Below are positions 8,777 through 17,223 of a DNA stretch of 64,000 bases, in pieces (position 1 is the stretch's first letter; every line of letters starts with the position of its first letter). This DNA comes from Nitrospirota bacterium (GTDB lineage: Bacteria > Nitrospirota > Thermodesulfovibrionia > Thermodesulfovibrionales > SM23-35), in NCBI GenBank assembly GCA_963796125.1, contig CAWCKM010000047.1, positions 66,299 through 130,298 of the forward strand, given 5' to 3'. The position numbers and the translations under genes were made by a program. A model generated the notes under the pieces. The model had not been told where the DNA came from and made no database searches. It saw only the letters and a list, made by a program, of their open reading frames with translations.

Positions 8777-9091
8777 TTAAATTTCATCATCTCTTTTTCT
8801 TAAAGTCTCAATGGTGTACGAGAAATTACGCTTTCCGTGAATCAATGCAAGGATTGCAATTTTGTCTGGCAATATTTCGTAAATCAAACGATAAGAATAG
8901 ATGAATATTTCTCGTATGGTAAGTTCGCCAATCTCGGGAACGATTCTTCCAATCTCAGGAAAGGTAGTTAATTTTTCGGATTTTTCAACTATTTCAAGTG
9001 ATATTTTCTTCGCATAGAATTTGGAATCCCTTGCAATATAGTCATGGATCTGCTTTAAATCATGTTTCGCAGGCGTTGTCCACTTTACCAC
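8777..9091 (-). CDS. parE: ParE/RelE-family type II toxin
   Basis: 104 aa; A.HDL..I..YI...S..YA......I...LTTFPEIGR...E......REI.IYSYRLIYEI is a ParE-like pattern. GTG start. Confidence 0.85.
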   Translation of the reverse strand: MVKWTTPAKHDLKQIHDYIARDSKFYAKKISLEIVEKSEKLTTFPEIGRIVPEIGELTIREIFIYSYRLIYEILPDKIAILALIHGKRNFSYTIETLRKRDDEI

Positions 9092-9264
9092 GTCTGCATT
9101 TCTCTTTTTAAGTCTTCAAGAGAAATTGTGTCGTCGCGTTCTGCTGCATCCCTGCCTTTTTTAACTTTGTCAATCACATAAAGTTCATACATTATATCAT
9201 CAATATTTGCGGTATCAGGTAATTTTGCAATTACCTTGAGAGCTTCTTGTTTCAAGGTTTCCAT
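9085..9264 (-). CDS. Small antitoxin partner of ParE (59 aa, below the ORF-track cutoff)
   Basis: My own translation: METLKQEALKVIAKLPDTANIDDIMYELYVIDKVKKGRDAAERDDTISLEDLKREMQTW. Its stop overlaps the parE start (GTGGTAA). Confidence 0.6.
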   Translation of the reverse strand: METLKQEALKVIAKLPDTANIDDIMYELYVIDKVKKGRDAAERDDTISLEDLKREMQTW

Positions 9265-9318
9265 TCTTGCCCCTCCTTCATTTTCAAAACACCTTGAATT
9301 ATTTTATCATGTTATGGG

Positions 9319-9576
9319 TTAATCATCCATGCCACGAATACGAATTCTGGTTTCCTCCACTGGTAGCGGATGTTTTAGTTTTAAACCTACAAGAATCCAA
9401 TCTTCAAGTGTTGAACGCAGCGCATATTCACACTCGCGCAAAGTTTTTTCAAATGCAACAACACCAGAACATGAAGGAATCCGTCCAGCAAATGTGCCGT
9501 CTTCCAGCTTGTCATAGAGGGCTTGAGCCATCGCCCGCTCTATATACTCGCTAAGGATATGTCGTACTGTAGGCAT
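9319..9576 (-). CDS. HicB-like antitoxin-family protein (no adjacent HicA)
   Basis: 85 aa; ...DGTFAGRIPSCSGVVAFEKTLRECEYALRSTLEDWILVGLKLKHPLP resembles the HicB-like antitoxin fold. No toxin ORF lies beside it. Confidence 0.5.
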   Translation of the reverse strand: MPTVRHILSEYIERAMAQALYDKLEDGTFAGRIPSCSGVVAFEKTLRECEYALRSTLEDWILVGLKLKHPLPVEETRIRIRGMDD

Positions 9577-9653
9577 TGCATACCTCCATTTTGTGGAACT
9601 TTAACAAATTATATCAAAATTACTACGGAGTTCATAAGTAATGTCTCATGATT

Positions 9654-9677
9654 GTCATTCCCGCTTGTCGGGAATCC
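9654..9677 (-). repeat. Half copy of the GTCAT...GAATCC hairpin element
   Basis: gtcattCCCGcttgtCGGGaatcc; same arm as in 73-132 and 41170-41250. Confidence 0.6.
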
Positions 9678-9794
9678 GTCTTACGTCCAGAACAAAAAGG
9701 GAAATTTTCATCTGCTTAGGCTTTCTTTGTTAATCTTAAGCCCTCTGTTAACTGCCGTTGCAGACAGTTTAATAGAACCGTCCCAATACTTTCC

Positions 9795-9866
9795 AGAAAC
9801 CCAAGGCAGGCTTTTGAGCGACAGAGCAAACTTCTCAGGGATGCGTTTGTTGAGAGAAGCGGATAA
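9795..9866 (+). pseudogene. Displaced duplicate of the last 23 codons plus stop of the GHKL ATPase gene
   Basis: Encodes RNPRQAFERQSKLLRDAFVERSG*, against RNPRQAFERQSKLLRDAFIERSG* at 8634-8705. There are 10/72 nt differences: 8 synonymous, 1 Ile/Val, 1 TGA/TAA. There is no homology upstream. Confidence 0.75.
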
Positions 9867-10142
9867 TTAAGCAATGCTAATCTGCAACCGTTTTCCAAGT
9901 GCAGCCGCAACACGCTCTAATGTTGAGAGTTTAATGTCCTCTGAATGGTTTTCAATTCTCGAAATTGCTGTTTTCTTGGTTTTCAGCTTTCGCGCAAGTT
10001 CTTCCTGAGTTAACCCGGCAGATTCACGTGCCTGACGAAGCATTACACCAACTTTGAACTGTTCGTAGCCCTCATCATAGCCTTCAGCAAATTTTTTATC
10101 TCTCTTTTTTCTTTCGCTTATATATTTTTTCAGGTCACTCAT
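9867..10142 (-). CDS. higA: XRE-family HTH antitoxin (HigA-like)
   Basis: [31 protein letters not shown] is an HTH motif. The gene overlaps the upstream toxin gene by 8 nt. Confidence 0.8.
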   Translation of the reverse strand: MSDLKKYISERKKRDKKFAEGYDEGYEQFKVGVMLRQARESAGLTQEELARKLKTKKTAISRIENHSEDIKLSTLERVAAALGKRLQISIA

Positions 10143-10530
10143 GTTTTATCCTCCTTTTCAAAAAGTCTCTCCTGTAAGACTCTGCCTTTTCTATTTCAGA
10201 TTTTGGCGTTTTTTGGCTTTTCTTAACAATTCCATGTGTTAGCACAACAACCGAATCATCTACAAAGAAGCAAAATATGCGATACGCATTTGAACCGAAC
10301 TGAATTCTACACTCCCATATTTCTTCTGCTCCGTGAAGCTTCTTGAAATATGAGGATGGTACTATCTCCAAATCTTCTAATAAACTGAGCACCCATGTTG
10401 CCTTTTGTGCAACCTTTGAGGGTAAGGAATCAAGAAATTCCTGTGCAGGGCATTTACCATCAGCAGTTTTATAAAAGGTAATAACCCTGGTCACAGACAC
10501 TATGTTAACCTGCATGTTAACATTTGTCAA
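10135..10530 (-). CDS. higB: RelE/ParE-superfamily toxin (Gp49/HigB-like)
   Basis: ...[24 protein letters not shown]...L..L........YFKKL.G...[18 protein letters not shown]....VVVLTHG..KKSQKTP. The true start may be the internal Met at ~10515. Confidence 0.8.
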   Translation of the reverse strand: MTNVNMQVNIVSVTRVITFYKTADGKCPAQEFLDSLPSKVAQKATWVLSLLEDLEIVPSSYFKKLHGAEEIWECRIQFGSNAYRIFCFFVDDSVVVLTHGIVKKSQKTPKSEIEKAESYRRDFLKRRIKHE

Positions 10531-10749
10531 CTGATACTAAACGGTGAGGGCTGTATAACGTACGGGAAATTCTCCTATGTCAGCCTTTGGGTAGTCCTCT
10601 ATTAGCTGCCGGTCGCGGTATTTTAAGAAAACCGTTGTCCCGATTTCTACCTTTAAGGGGGATTATTTTTGAAGCTTTGTAGAAGATATGAAAGTAAAAA
10701 GGGCTGAGAGAGCAACCCTCAGCCTCCATCTTCAATGCTAAAAATCAAG

Positions 10750-11200
10750 GTTGTATCGTAAAGATCGTCACTGACATCTTTTACCAGCACGGTTCTTCAG
10801 GATCTTCCAATACTACTTTTATCTTGGCATCGCTTTTTGTCTTCAACTCTTATGTACTTGCCAAGGATACCATCCGAAATTGCCCGTACTAATAGCCATT
10901 AACTTCCAGGTACTTCCTCCATCAGAAGAGTTGATAAGTAATTTATCTTTCACAGTTTTTATCATAGATCTGTATCCCACCTCGCAAACCATTCTTGCCC
11001 TGATTCAAGGGTCTCCCCTCCATTGGTGAAGTTATAACTACTTTTGCTCCTTTTCCAGTTAATGGAACATTCGTCTGTCGGAGTGTCAGGGTCATTAGAT
11101 GGGATACTGAGAGTTGCACTCTTTAAGCCTGCTGCAGTAGGTGAGAATTTCACGTTAACTGTGCAGCTTGAACACATAGAAATTGGGACGGTTCTATTAT
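10750..11200 (-). pseudogene. Fragment of a repeat-domain surface protein
   Basis: SCTVNVKFSPTAAGLKSATLSIPSNDPDTPT and ...NSSDGGSTWKLMAISTGNFGWYPW domain pieces are interrupted by stops. No N- or C-terminus is present. Confidence 0.55.
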
Positions 11201-11343
11201 TGTCAATTAATTCGTGTTTTATAAAATGTTATTTGTCCGAAGTTTTCAATGAACAACAACATATTCTGCAAAAGATGTAGACTCAGGAATCGGCAAATTA
11301 TCCTCCAACAAACCCCGTACATGCCCTGACTGCTTCACCAACA

Positions 11344-11577
11344 TCAACAACTTTCAGCAAAATCAAAAACAGGAATTTCCAGTTTCTTAACAGGCTTAAA
11401 TTTGTCTTTTGCGAACTTCAATAACTCGTCAGTAACATCAGGAGAATAAGTTTTCTCTCCACACCGTTCGCAGACCTCGGCAGGCACATGTTCAACAAGA
11501 AAATACTTGCCTTCCTCTTCATAACTGAAGGTCGCCAACATTTTCTTCGTTTCACCGCCGCAAAAAACGCATCTCAT
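11344..11577 (-). CDS. YgiT/MqsA-type zinc-finger antitoxin-like protein
   Basis: MRCVFCGG...HVPAEVCERCGEKTYSP has paired CxxC motifs; 77 aa. Confidence 0.7.
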   Translation of the reverse strand: MRCVFCGGETKKMLATFSYEEEGKYFLVEHVPAEVCERCGEKTYSPDVTDELLKFAKDKFKPVKKLEIPVFDFAESC

Positions 11578-11708
11578 TCCTTTTTCCTCCTAACTCTGTA
11601 ATCTATCCATTCGGTCTTATCCGGATCATAAGCTGTAATAATAACAACTGTCGGCGGAAGTGAAAGCTGCACATGAAGATGTCTACCAGCTTTAGATAAG
11701 GGTTTCAA
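11574..11708 (-). pseudogene. N-terminally truncated DUF4258-like toxin remnant
   Basis: My own translation: ...LHVQLSLPPTVVIITAYDPDKTEWIDYRVRRKKE*. The stop overlaps the downstream ATG (ATGA). Only ~44 codons remain and a stop lies immediately upstream. Confidence 0.5.
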
Positions 11709-11796
11709 TGGTTAAATTATTGATTAAAGCCCCTATGTTGTCAAGGAATTTTCTGAGTCGGGTGTAAACATTCAGTGGCGCGTGAGTATATCATAA

Positions 11797-11841
11797 CCCC
11801 ACCTAACCTCCCCTTATCTTTAAGGGGAGGAATAAGCCCTC
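11797..11841. repeat. GC-rich hairpin element (cctcccctta-tct-ttaaggggagg + aataagccctctc)
   Basis: Palindrome read from the sequence. It shares the aataagccctctc tail with 39322-39392. Confidence 0.6.
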
Positions 11842-12071
11842 TCATCGCTGGAGGATTACAGTCTAGGTCGAGACATCATTGAAGCCGATGCAGCGATTCC
11901 GCTATAATTATGAAGTCATCTTTAATGAACTCGAAAGTTGATTCCGCGGTTTCTGTAGGCGGATGATCAAAGCAATCTAAAGACGAGATTCTCGCTGCGC
12001 TCAGAATGACAAGCGCAGTAAAGCTATGTATGAGACAGCACACTAATTTGTTCTGTTATAATGATTGAATC

Positions 12072-13433
12072 ATGTCCAAAGTAAAGACTTTTTATCAGTG
12101 TCAGTCCTGTGGCTACGCGAGTCCTAAGTGGCTTGGCAAGTGTCCTGACTGTGGAGAATGGAACACCCTTGTTGAAGAAAGGAAGGAAACGGTTCCCTCT
12201 CGACTTTCTCTCCCTGCTCAGTTCCGAAAGCCCGAACCACAGCTTTTAAGTTCAATCAAGGCTGGATATGAACAGAGGACGTCAACAGGAATAAAGGAAC
12301 TCGACAGGGTTCTCGGTGGGGGTGTTGTGACAGGCTCGGTAATCCTCGTTGGTGGCGACCCCGGCATCGGGAAATCCACAATGCTCTTACAGGCCATTGC
12401 AGGACTTTCAAGATATGGTCAGGTACTGTATGTTTCGGGTGAGGAATCACCTGAACAGATAAAGATCAGGGCTGAAAGACTGTCGGTAAATTCTGATGAC
12501 ATTATCCTCCTTTCAGAGACTTCGCTCAGGAGTATCCTTGATGCAGCAATGAAACTTGCCCCAAAAGCGATAGTCATAGATTCCATACAGACTGTTTACA
12601 CAGAGGAGATTCTCTCCGCCCCCGGTTCTGTGAGTCAGGTGAGGGAATGTGCTGCAAAACTGATGCTCTTTGCAAAAAAATCAGATATCCCGGTCTTTCT
12701 TGTCGGCCATGTAACCAAAGAAGGAGCAATTGCCGGTCCCCGGGTGCTTGAGCACATCGTAGACACGGTTCTTTATTTTGAAGGTGACAGGGGACATGCA
12801 TACCGGATTCTGAGAACAGTGAAAAACCGTTTCGGATCAACGAATGAAATTGGTGTCTTCGAAATGTCTGATTCAGGACTCAGGGAGATAGAAAACCCGT
12901 CAGAGCTTTTCCTCCTGGAAAGGCCTCTGAATGTATCAGGCTCGACCGTTGTTGCAGCCCTTGAAGGTACAAGACCCCTTATGGTTGAAATCCAGTCTCT
13001 TGTCTCTCAGACAAATTTTGGGATGCCCCGGAGGACGACAATAGGAGTTGACTTCAACCGGGTGAACCTCCTTGTGGCAGTTCTCGAAAAGAGGGTTGGT
13101 CTTCATCTTGGCGGAATGGATATATTCGTCAACGTTGTCGGAGGACTCAGAATCATTGAGCCGGCAGTTGACCTCGGAATTATTTCAACCATTGCTTCAT
13201 CTCTCAGGGATATCCCTATCGATCCAAAAACTTTTGTCTTTGGTGAAATCGGTCTCTCAGGTGAGATACGGGCAATTGCACAGGCAGAGATACGGATAAA
13301 GGAAGCATCAAAGATTGGTTTTAAGAAAGCCGTGATGCCTCTGGGAAATGCTGATAAAATTAAAGGTAGTTTCGGTTTGGAGATAATAGGAGTCAAAGAT
13401 GTTGAGAGCGCTCTCGAGGCTGTTCTTACTTAG
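12072..13433 (+). CDS. radA: DNA repair protein RadA/Sms
   Basis: N-terminal zinc ribbon CQSCGY..CPDCGEWNT, Walker A GDPGIGKST, KNRFG motif, and a Lon-like C-terminal domain. Confidence 0.95.
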   Translation: MSKVKTFYQCQSCGYASPKWLGKCPDCGEWNTLVEERKETVPSRLSLPAQFRKPEPQLLSSIKAGYEQRTSTGIKELDRVLGGGVVTGSVILVGGDPGIGKSTMLLQAIAGLSRYGQVLYVSGEESPEQIKIRAERLSVNSDDIILLSETSLRSILDAAMKLAPKAIVIDSIQTVYTEEILSAPGSVSQVRECAAKLMLFAKKSDIPVFLVGHVTKEGAIAGPRVLEHIVDTVLYFEGDRGHAYRILRTVKNRFGSTNEIGVFEMSDSGLREIENPSELFLLERPLNVSGSTVVAALEGTRPLMVEIQSLVSQTNFGMPRRTTIGVDFNRVNLLVAVLEKRVGLHLGGMDIFVNVVGGLRIIEPAVDLGIISTIASSLRDIPIDPKTFVFGEIGLSGEIRAIAQAEIRIKEASKIGFKKAVMPLGNADKIKGSFGLEIIGVKDVESALEAVLT

Positions 13434-14028
13434 TATCACCTTGATTTTCTTATGCTCCTGCGCACCAAAGCGGGTCGAGATTCCGACATATGAAGGTATT
13501 GATATTAGGGAAGTTCTCTCTGCAAAGAATATCTCAACAATAGATACTACATTTTCAATAGTATTTGAAAAAGATGATAGCGAGATGAGAGGAGAGGGGG
13601 TTTTAAATATATCAAGGAATGGTGATCTCAATCTCCGGGTATATTCCCTGGGATTTCTTGCGCTCGAAGTAATATCTGAAAATGGCGTGATTAAGAGCAG
13701 TCCCCGAATAGACAGGAACAAAACTAAAATACTCACCCAGGGCCTGCGGGACTGTCTCTTCTGGTGGGATATACAGGATTACGAGGTTGATGAGAAAGAC
13801 GGCATGTGTCATCTGAAAAATCTCTCGAGGGAGGTATGGTTCGACAAAAAGACAACACTGCCGATAAAGCAGAAAGTAGCCCTTGAAAATGGCAGGGAGC
13901 TTTCTATTTCATATGAAGATATGGAGAAAATGGGTGATGTCTGGTATCCTTCGACGATTACCATAGATCTCTCTCAATATTCTGTCAAATTGAAAATCAA
14001 GGAGATATCATTCAGTGGTGACGTTTAA
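13399..14028 (+). CDS. Hypothetical lipoprotein (LolB/DUF4292-like size and layout)
   Basis: Lipobox LIFLCSC. The family assignment is tentative. Confidence 0.45.
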   Translation: MLRALSRLFLLSITLIFLCSCAPKRVEIPTYEGIDIREVLSAKNISTIDTTFSIVFEKDDSEMRGEGVLNISRNGDLNLRVYSLGFLALEVISENGVIKSSPRIDRNKTKILTQGLRDCLFWWDIQDYEVDEKDGMCHLKNLSREVWFDKKTTLPIKQKVALENGRELSISYEDMEKMGDVWYPSTITIDLSQYSVKLKIKEISFSGDV

Positions 14029-14832
14029 GTCGAGATCAATAGCTACGGTCTTAATGAGCTGACTGTCAATGGAATCTGTCTTGAGCAGATATCCCTCAAG
14101 GAGCGCATTATCACAGATTGCGTTAATGAGCCTGGCTACACCTCCGGAATACTGAAAAATAAGTTTCAATGCCTCCCCAGTAAATATCTTCTTCTTGCTC
14201 CCTGCAACCGAGAGCCTGTGATCAATATAACTTCTTGCGTTTTCCTCAGAAAACGCCTTAAGTCTTATCTTCACAGCGACTCTTTGTCTGAGGGGTTCAT
14301 CCAGGGAAAGGACATCGTCAAGATCAGGAAGACCGAAGAAGATGAGATTGACCAGCTTTCCCTCCGGCATTTCCATATTCAAAAGACCCCTGAATTCTTC
14401 CATGATCCCCTTGGAGCTTAACATCTGCACCTCGTCGAGCATGACAATGGCAATCCTGCCTTCCTCTTTGATTTCATAGAGTCGCCTGTAAATCTGGGAA
14501 AGAAGCGTAACCTTGTCTTCCTTCACGTCTGAAACACCGAGCTGCATAGCTAATTTTTTCAGTACCCATTCAGCACTGACTGTTGAATGGACAACCATCA
14601 GGAGAGCCGCTTCATATTTCTTTTCGTCCAGTTGTTCAAGGAAAAGCCTTGCAAGTGTCGTCTTACCCGTCCCTATATCACCGATGACGACAGCGAGACC
14701 TTTTCTGGTATCTACTACATATTGCAGCTTCACGAGAGCGTTCGAATGCTGTGGATTGTTAAAATAAAACCTGTTATCTACTACATTCGAGAAGGGGTGT
14801 TCTTTCAGACCGTAATATTCCAAATAGTCCAT
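14008..14832 (-). CDS. ExeA/MshM-like AAA ATPase
   Basis: YGLKEHPFSNVVDNRFYF... followed by Walker A GDIGTGKTT and Walker B MLDEVQ; 274 aa. Confidence 0.75.
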   Translation of the reverse strand: MDYLEYYGLKEHPFSNVVDNRFYFNNPQHSNALVKLQYVVDTRKGLAVVIGDIGTGKTTLARLFLEQLDEKKYEAALLMVVHSTVSAEWVLKKLAMQLGVSDVKEDKVTLLSQIYRRLYEIKEEGRIAIVMLDEVQMLSSKGIMEEFRGLLNMEMPEGKLVNLIFFGLPDLDDVLSLDEPLRQRVAVKIRLKAFSEENARSYIDHRLSVAGSKKKIFTGEALKLIFQYSGGVARLINAICDNALLEGYLLKTDSIDSQLIKTVAIDLDLNVTTE

Positions 14833-14861
14833 GTTTCACTGTTCACTGTTTGCAGTTTTGA
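14833..14861. repeat. Heptanucleotide array (gtttcact gttcact gtttgca gttttga)
   Basis: Lies immediately 5' of the minus-strand ATG at 14832. Same AGTGAAC unit as 31288-31322. Confidence 0.7.
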
Positions 14862-14912
14862 GATGGACAAGTATGCAGGCTGGACTCTTAAAGGTATGAA
14901 ATCCTTGCCTTT

Positions 14913-17192
14913 TTATCCTCGGACTTTCCCTTTTCTGACCGAGTGCTGCATTTGTACCTCGACTTGATTTATCCTTTCCGGGATGTCACGAAATCCTGCA
15001 TTCCATCCATATATCTCAGTATAGATATCAAGAGCCTCTTTCAGGTTGCTATTCCTTTCGTATGCATCGGCAAGGTCATATTTCATTGCCCAGTAAAACT
15101 CATCCCGGTCTTTCATCTTCTCAATGGTACTGCTCAGGATTTCTATTGCAAGCGAGTAAAAGCCTTTTTCCTTATAACATATGCCCAGCATGCTCGAAGA
15201 AGAGAAAGATGTCTGTGGATCATCACGCGCTACCTGGAATTCTTTTATTGCATCGTCTATGAGTCCCAGCTCCTTGTAAGCGAGTCCGAGATTGTAATGT
15301 GTTTCGTGATCCTTCACGTCAATCTCGGTCTCAAGCCCTTTCTTAAACTCATTAAATATACTGAGGATATCACTGTCGAGGACATGCTCGGGTGATGTTT
15401 CTTTTCCAGGGGTCTTATCTTCAGGAAAGAGAGATTTTTCTTCCGTTTCTTCAACAGCTTCCAGTGCCATCAGCTTCTGTTTTATCTCTTCTTTTTCCGG
15501 AAAGAGTTTTTGCAGTTTCTCCAGGATCTCTTTCGCTTCATCTTTTAACCCCTGCTTAGCATAAAAATCAGCCTCTGCAATCTCCTCACCATAATCCTCA
15601 ATGGAAATCCCTTCTCCGGATGGAGCAGAGACTGGTGCTTCATGAACAGGGGTTTTTTCTATGCCAATAAGTCTGGGGTCTTCCGGGTTTATTGAAGATG
15701 CCTCTTTTATTATCTGTTCCCTTTCTTTAGTGTTGCCGGCCATCCCATAGAGGTTATGCAGGATAAGGCATTCAGAAATTGCCTTATCCTTGTTATCGGT
15801 GTGCAGGTAGAGGGACTTCAGCTTGAGATGAAGCTCGATGTTGTCCGGTTCTTTCTGGCAGAAATCTTTAAGGAGATTCTGTGCATCCTCATAAAGGCCG
15901 TACTGGAGGAAAACCTCTGCCTCTGCAATGGCCTCATCCGCTGTTTTCTTTTCCTTTGACGAGATATGCGCTGCACGGATTTCCTTCTCAAGATCGGCGA
16001 TTTTTGCTCTGACAGAATCATCATCTGGAGTTATCAGGAGCGCTTCTCTATAGCAGTTTACCCCTTCCTTTTGCATCCCTTTTTCTGTATATGCATTGCC
16101 GAGAGAGATAAGCTCCCGGACTACCTTTTGGTTCTCATCGTTTTGCCGGTAGAACGTAACGAGTTTTTTCCCTGTCTCGATAGGGTCGATATCTTTAAAA
16201 GACTCAAGGAATGTTATTGCATCATTGGAGTTCATGTCCAGTAACATCTCATCAAGGACATTCAGATATTTCCTCCATGCCTTTTCTCTGTCGCCCTTCT
16301 TTATATAGATCTCGCCAGAGAGTTTAGCTGCCGTGATATTCGCAGAATCTATTTCAGTTACCTGAGAAAGACATGCTATTGCTTCATCGAAGCGCTCTGC
16401 AGCTGAATACATCTCTGCGCACCTGAGGGATACATCTGTGTCCTGCGGGAAAAGGGAAGTAGCGCTTTTTACCAGTTCGATGGCAAGGGCGAGATTTCCT
16501 GTCTTTGCGTAGAAATGCATAATTCCTAATATAGCCTCTTTATTTGAAGGCTGAAGTTCAAGTGATTTCTGATAATATTCTAAAGTCTTCTCGGTTTCTT
16601 CTTTCTCTTCATGAAGCTTTGCTATACTGTGATATTCTCTTGCAGCTTCCTGAACAAGCCCTTCTTTGGTGTAGATCTCTGCTACCTTGATCCTGAAAGG
16701 GATGTTCGAAGGAGAAATAGCAATAATCTTTTCGTATATTTCAAAAAGCTTTTCTTTTTTCCCTTCCTTTGTAAGGATGTCAGCCGCTGAGAGATAATAC
16801 TTTATCGCATCTATTTTAAGGCCTCTCTCTTCATTAATTTGGCCGAGGGCAAAAAGGGCATCAGCATCGGAGGGGTTGATGTTGAGTATTTTCTTGTAGA
16901 GACCAAGTGCTTTAAGGGAAAAACCCTCATCCATGAAGAATGTTGCAGCTTTATGAAATGCTTCTACAGCATTTTTCCTGTCACCATTTTTCAGATAAAG
17001 ATCACCGAGGGCGTTGTAAGTATTGCCATCCGGGCATTCCTTTACCAGTTTTTCCCATGTTTCGATGGCCTTATCTACCTGTCCCTTTGCGAGATACTTT
17101 TGAGCTTCTTTTATTAAAACTGCTTTATTTGTCATTTCGTGCATCGTTAAAAGTATCACAATTGGAAAAAAGGTGTCAACAACCGGAATCAC
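14913..17192 (-). CDS. Large TPR-repeat protein
   Basis: 759 aa of tandem TPR-like helices (...A..Y.KAL...P....A...LG..Y). The likely start is an internal Met at ~17144 or ~17135. Confidence 0.8.
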   Translation of the reverse strand: MIPVVDTFFPIVILLTMHEMTNKAVLIKEAQKYLAKGQVDKAIETWEKLVKECPDGNTYNALGDLYLKNGDRKNAVEAFHKAATFFMDEGFSLKALGLYKKILNINPSDADALFALGQINEERGLKIDAIKYYLSAADILTKEGKKEKLFEIYEKIIAISPSNIPFRIKVAEIYTKEGLVQEAAREYHSIAKLHEEKEETEKTLEYYQKSLELQPSNKEAILGIMHFYAKTGNLALAIELVKSATSLFPQDTDVSLRCAEMYSAAERFDEAIACLSQVTEIDSANITAAKLSGEIYIKKGDREKAWRKYLNVLDEMLLDMNSNDAITFLESFKDIDPIETGKKLVTFYRQNDENQKVVRELISLGNAYTEKGMQKEGVNCYREALLITPDDDSVRAKIADLEKEIRAAHISSKEKKTADEAIAEAEVFLQYGLYEDAQNLLKDFCQKEPDNIELHLKLKSLYLHTDNKDKAISECLILHNLYGMAGNTKEREQIIKEASSINPEDPRLIGIEKTPVHEAPVSAPSGEGISIEDYGEEIAEADFYAKQGLKDEAKEILEKLQKLFPEKEEIKQKLMALEAVEETEEKSLFPEDKTPGKETSPEHVLDSDILSIFNEFKKGLETEIDVKDHETHYNLGLAYKELGLIDDAIKEFQVARDDPQTSFSSSSMLGICYKEKGFYSLAIEILSSTIEKMKDRDEFYWAMKYDLADAYERNSNLKEALDIYTEIYGWNAGFRDIPERINQVEVQMQHSVRKGKVRG

Positions 17193-17223
17193 GTAATGAG
17201 AGATTTCGCTTCGCAGAAAAGGT

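Noticed and set aside
8706-11708. The TA islet considered as an integron cassette array or CALIN
   Set aside because: The genes are co-oriented, but I could find no attC-like sites with RYYYAAC / GTTRRRY cores between them, and there is no intI gene.
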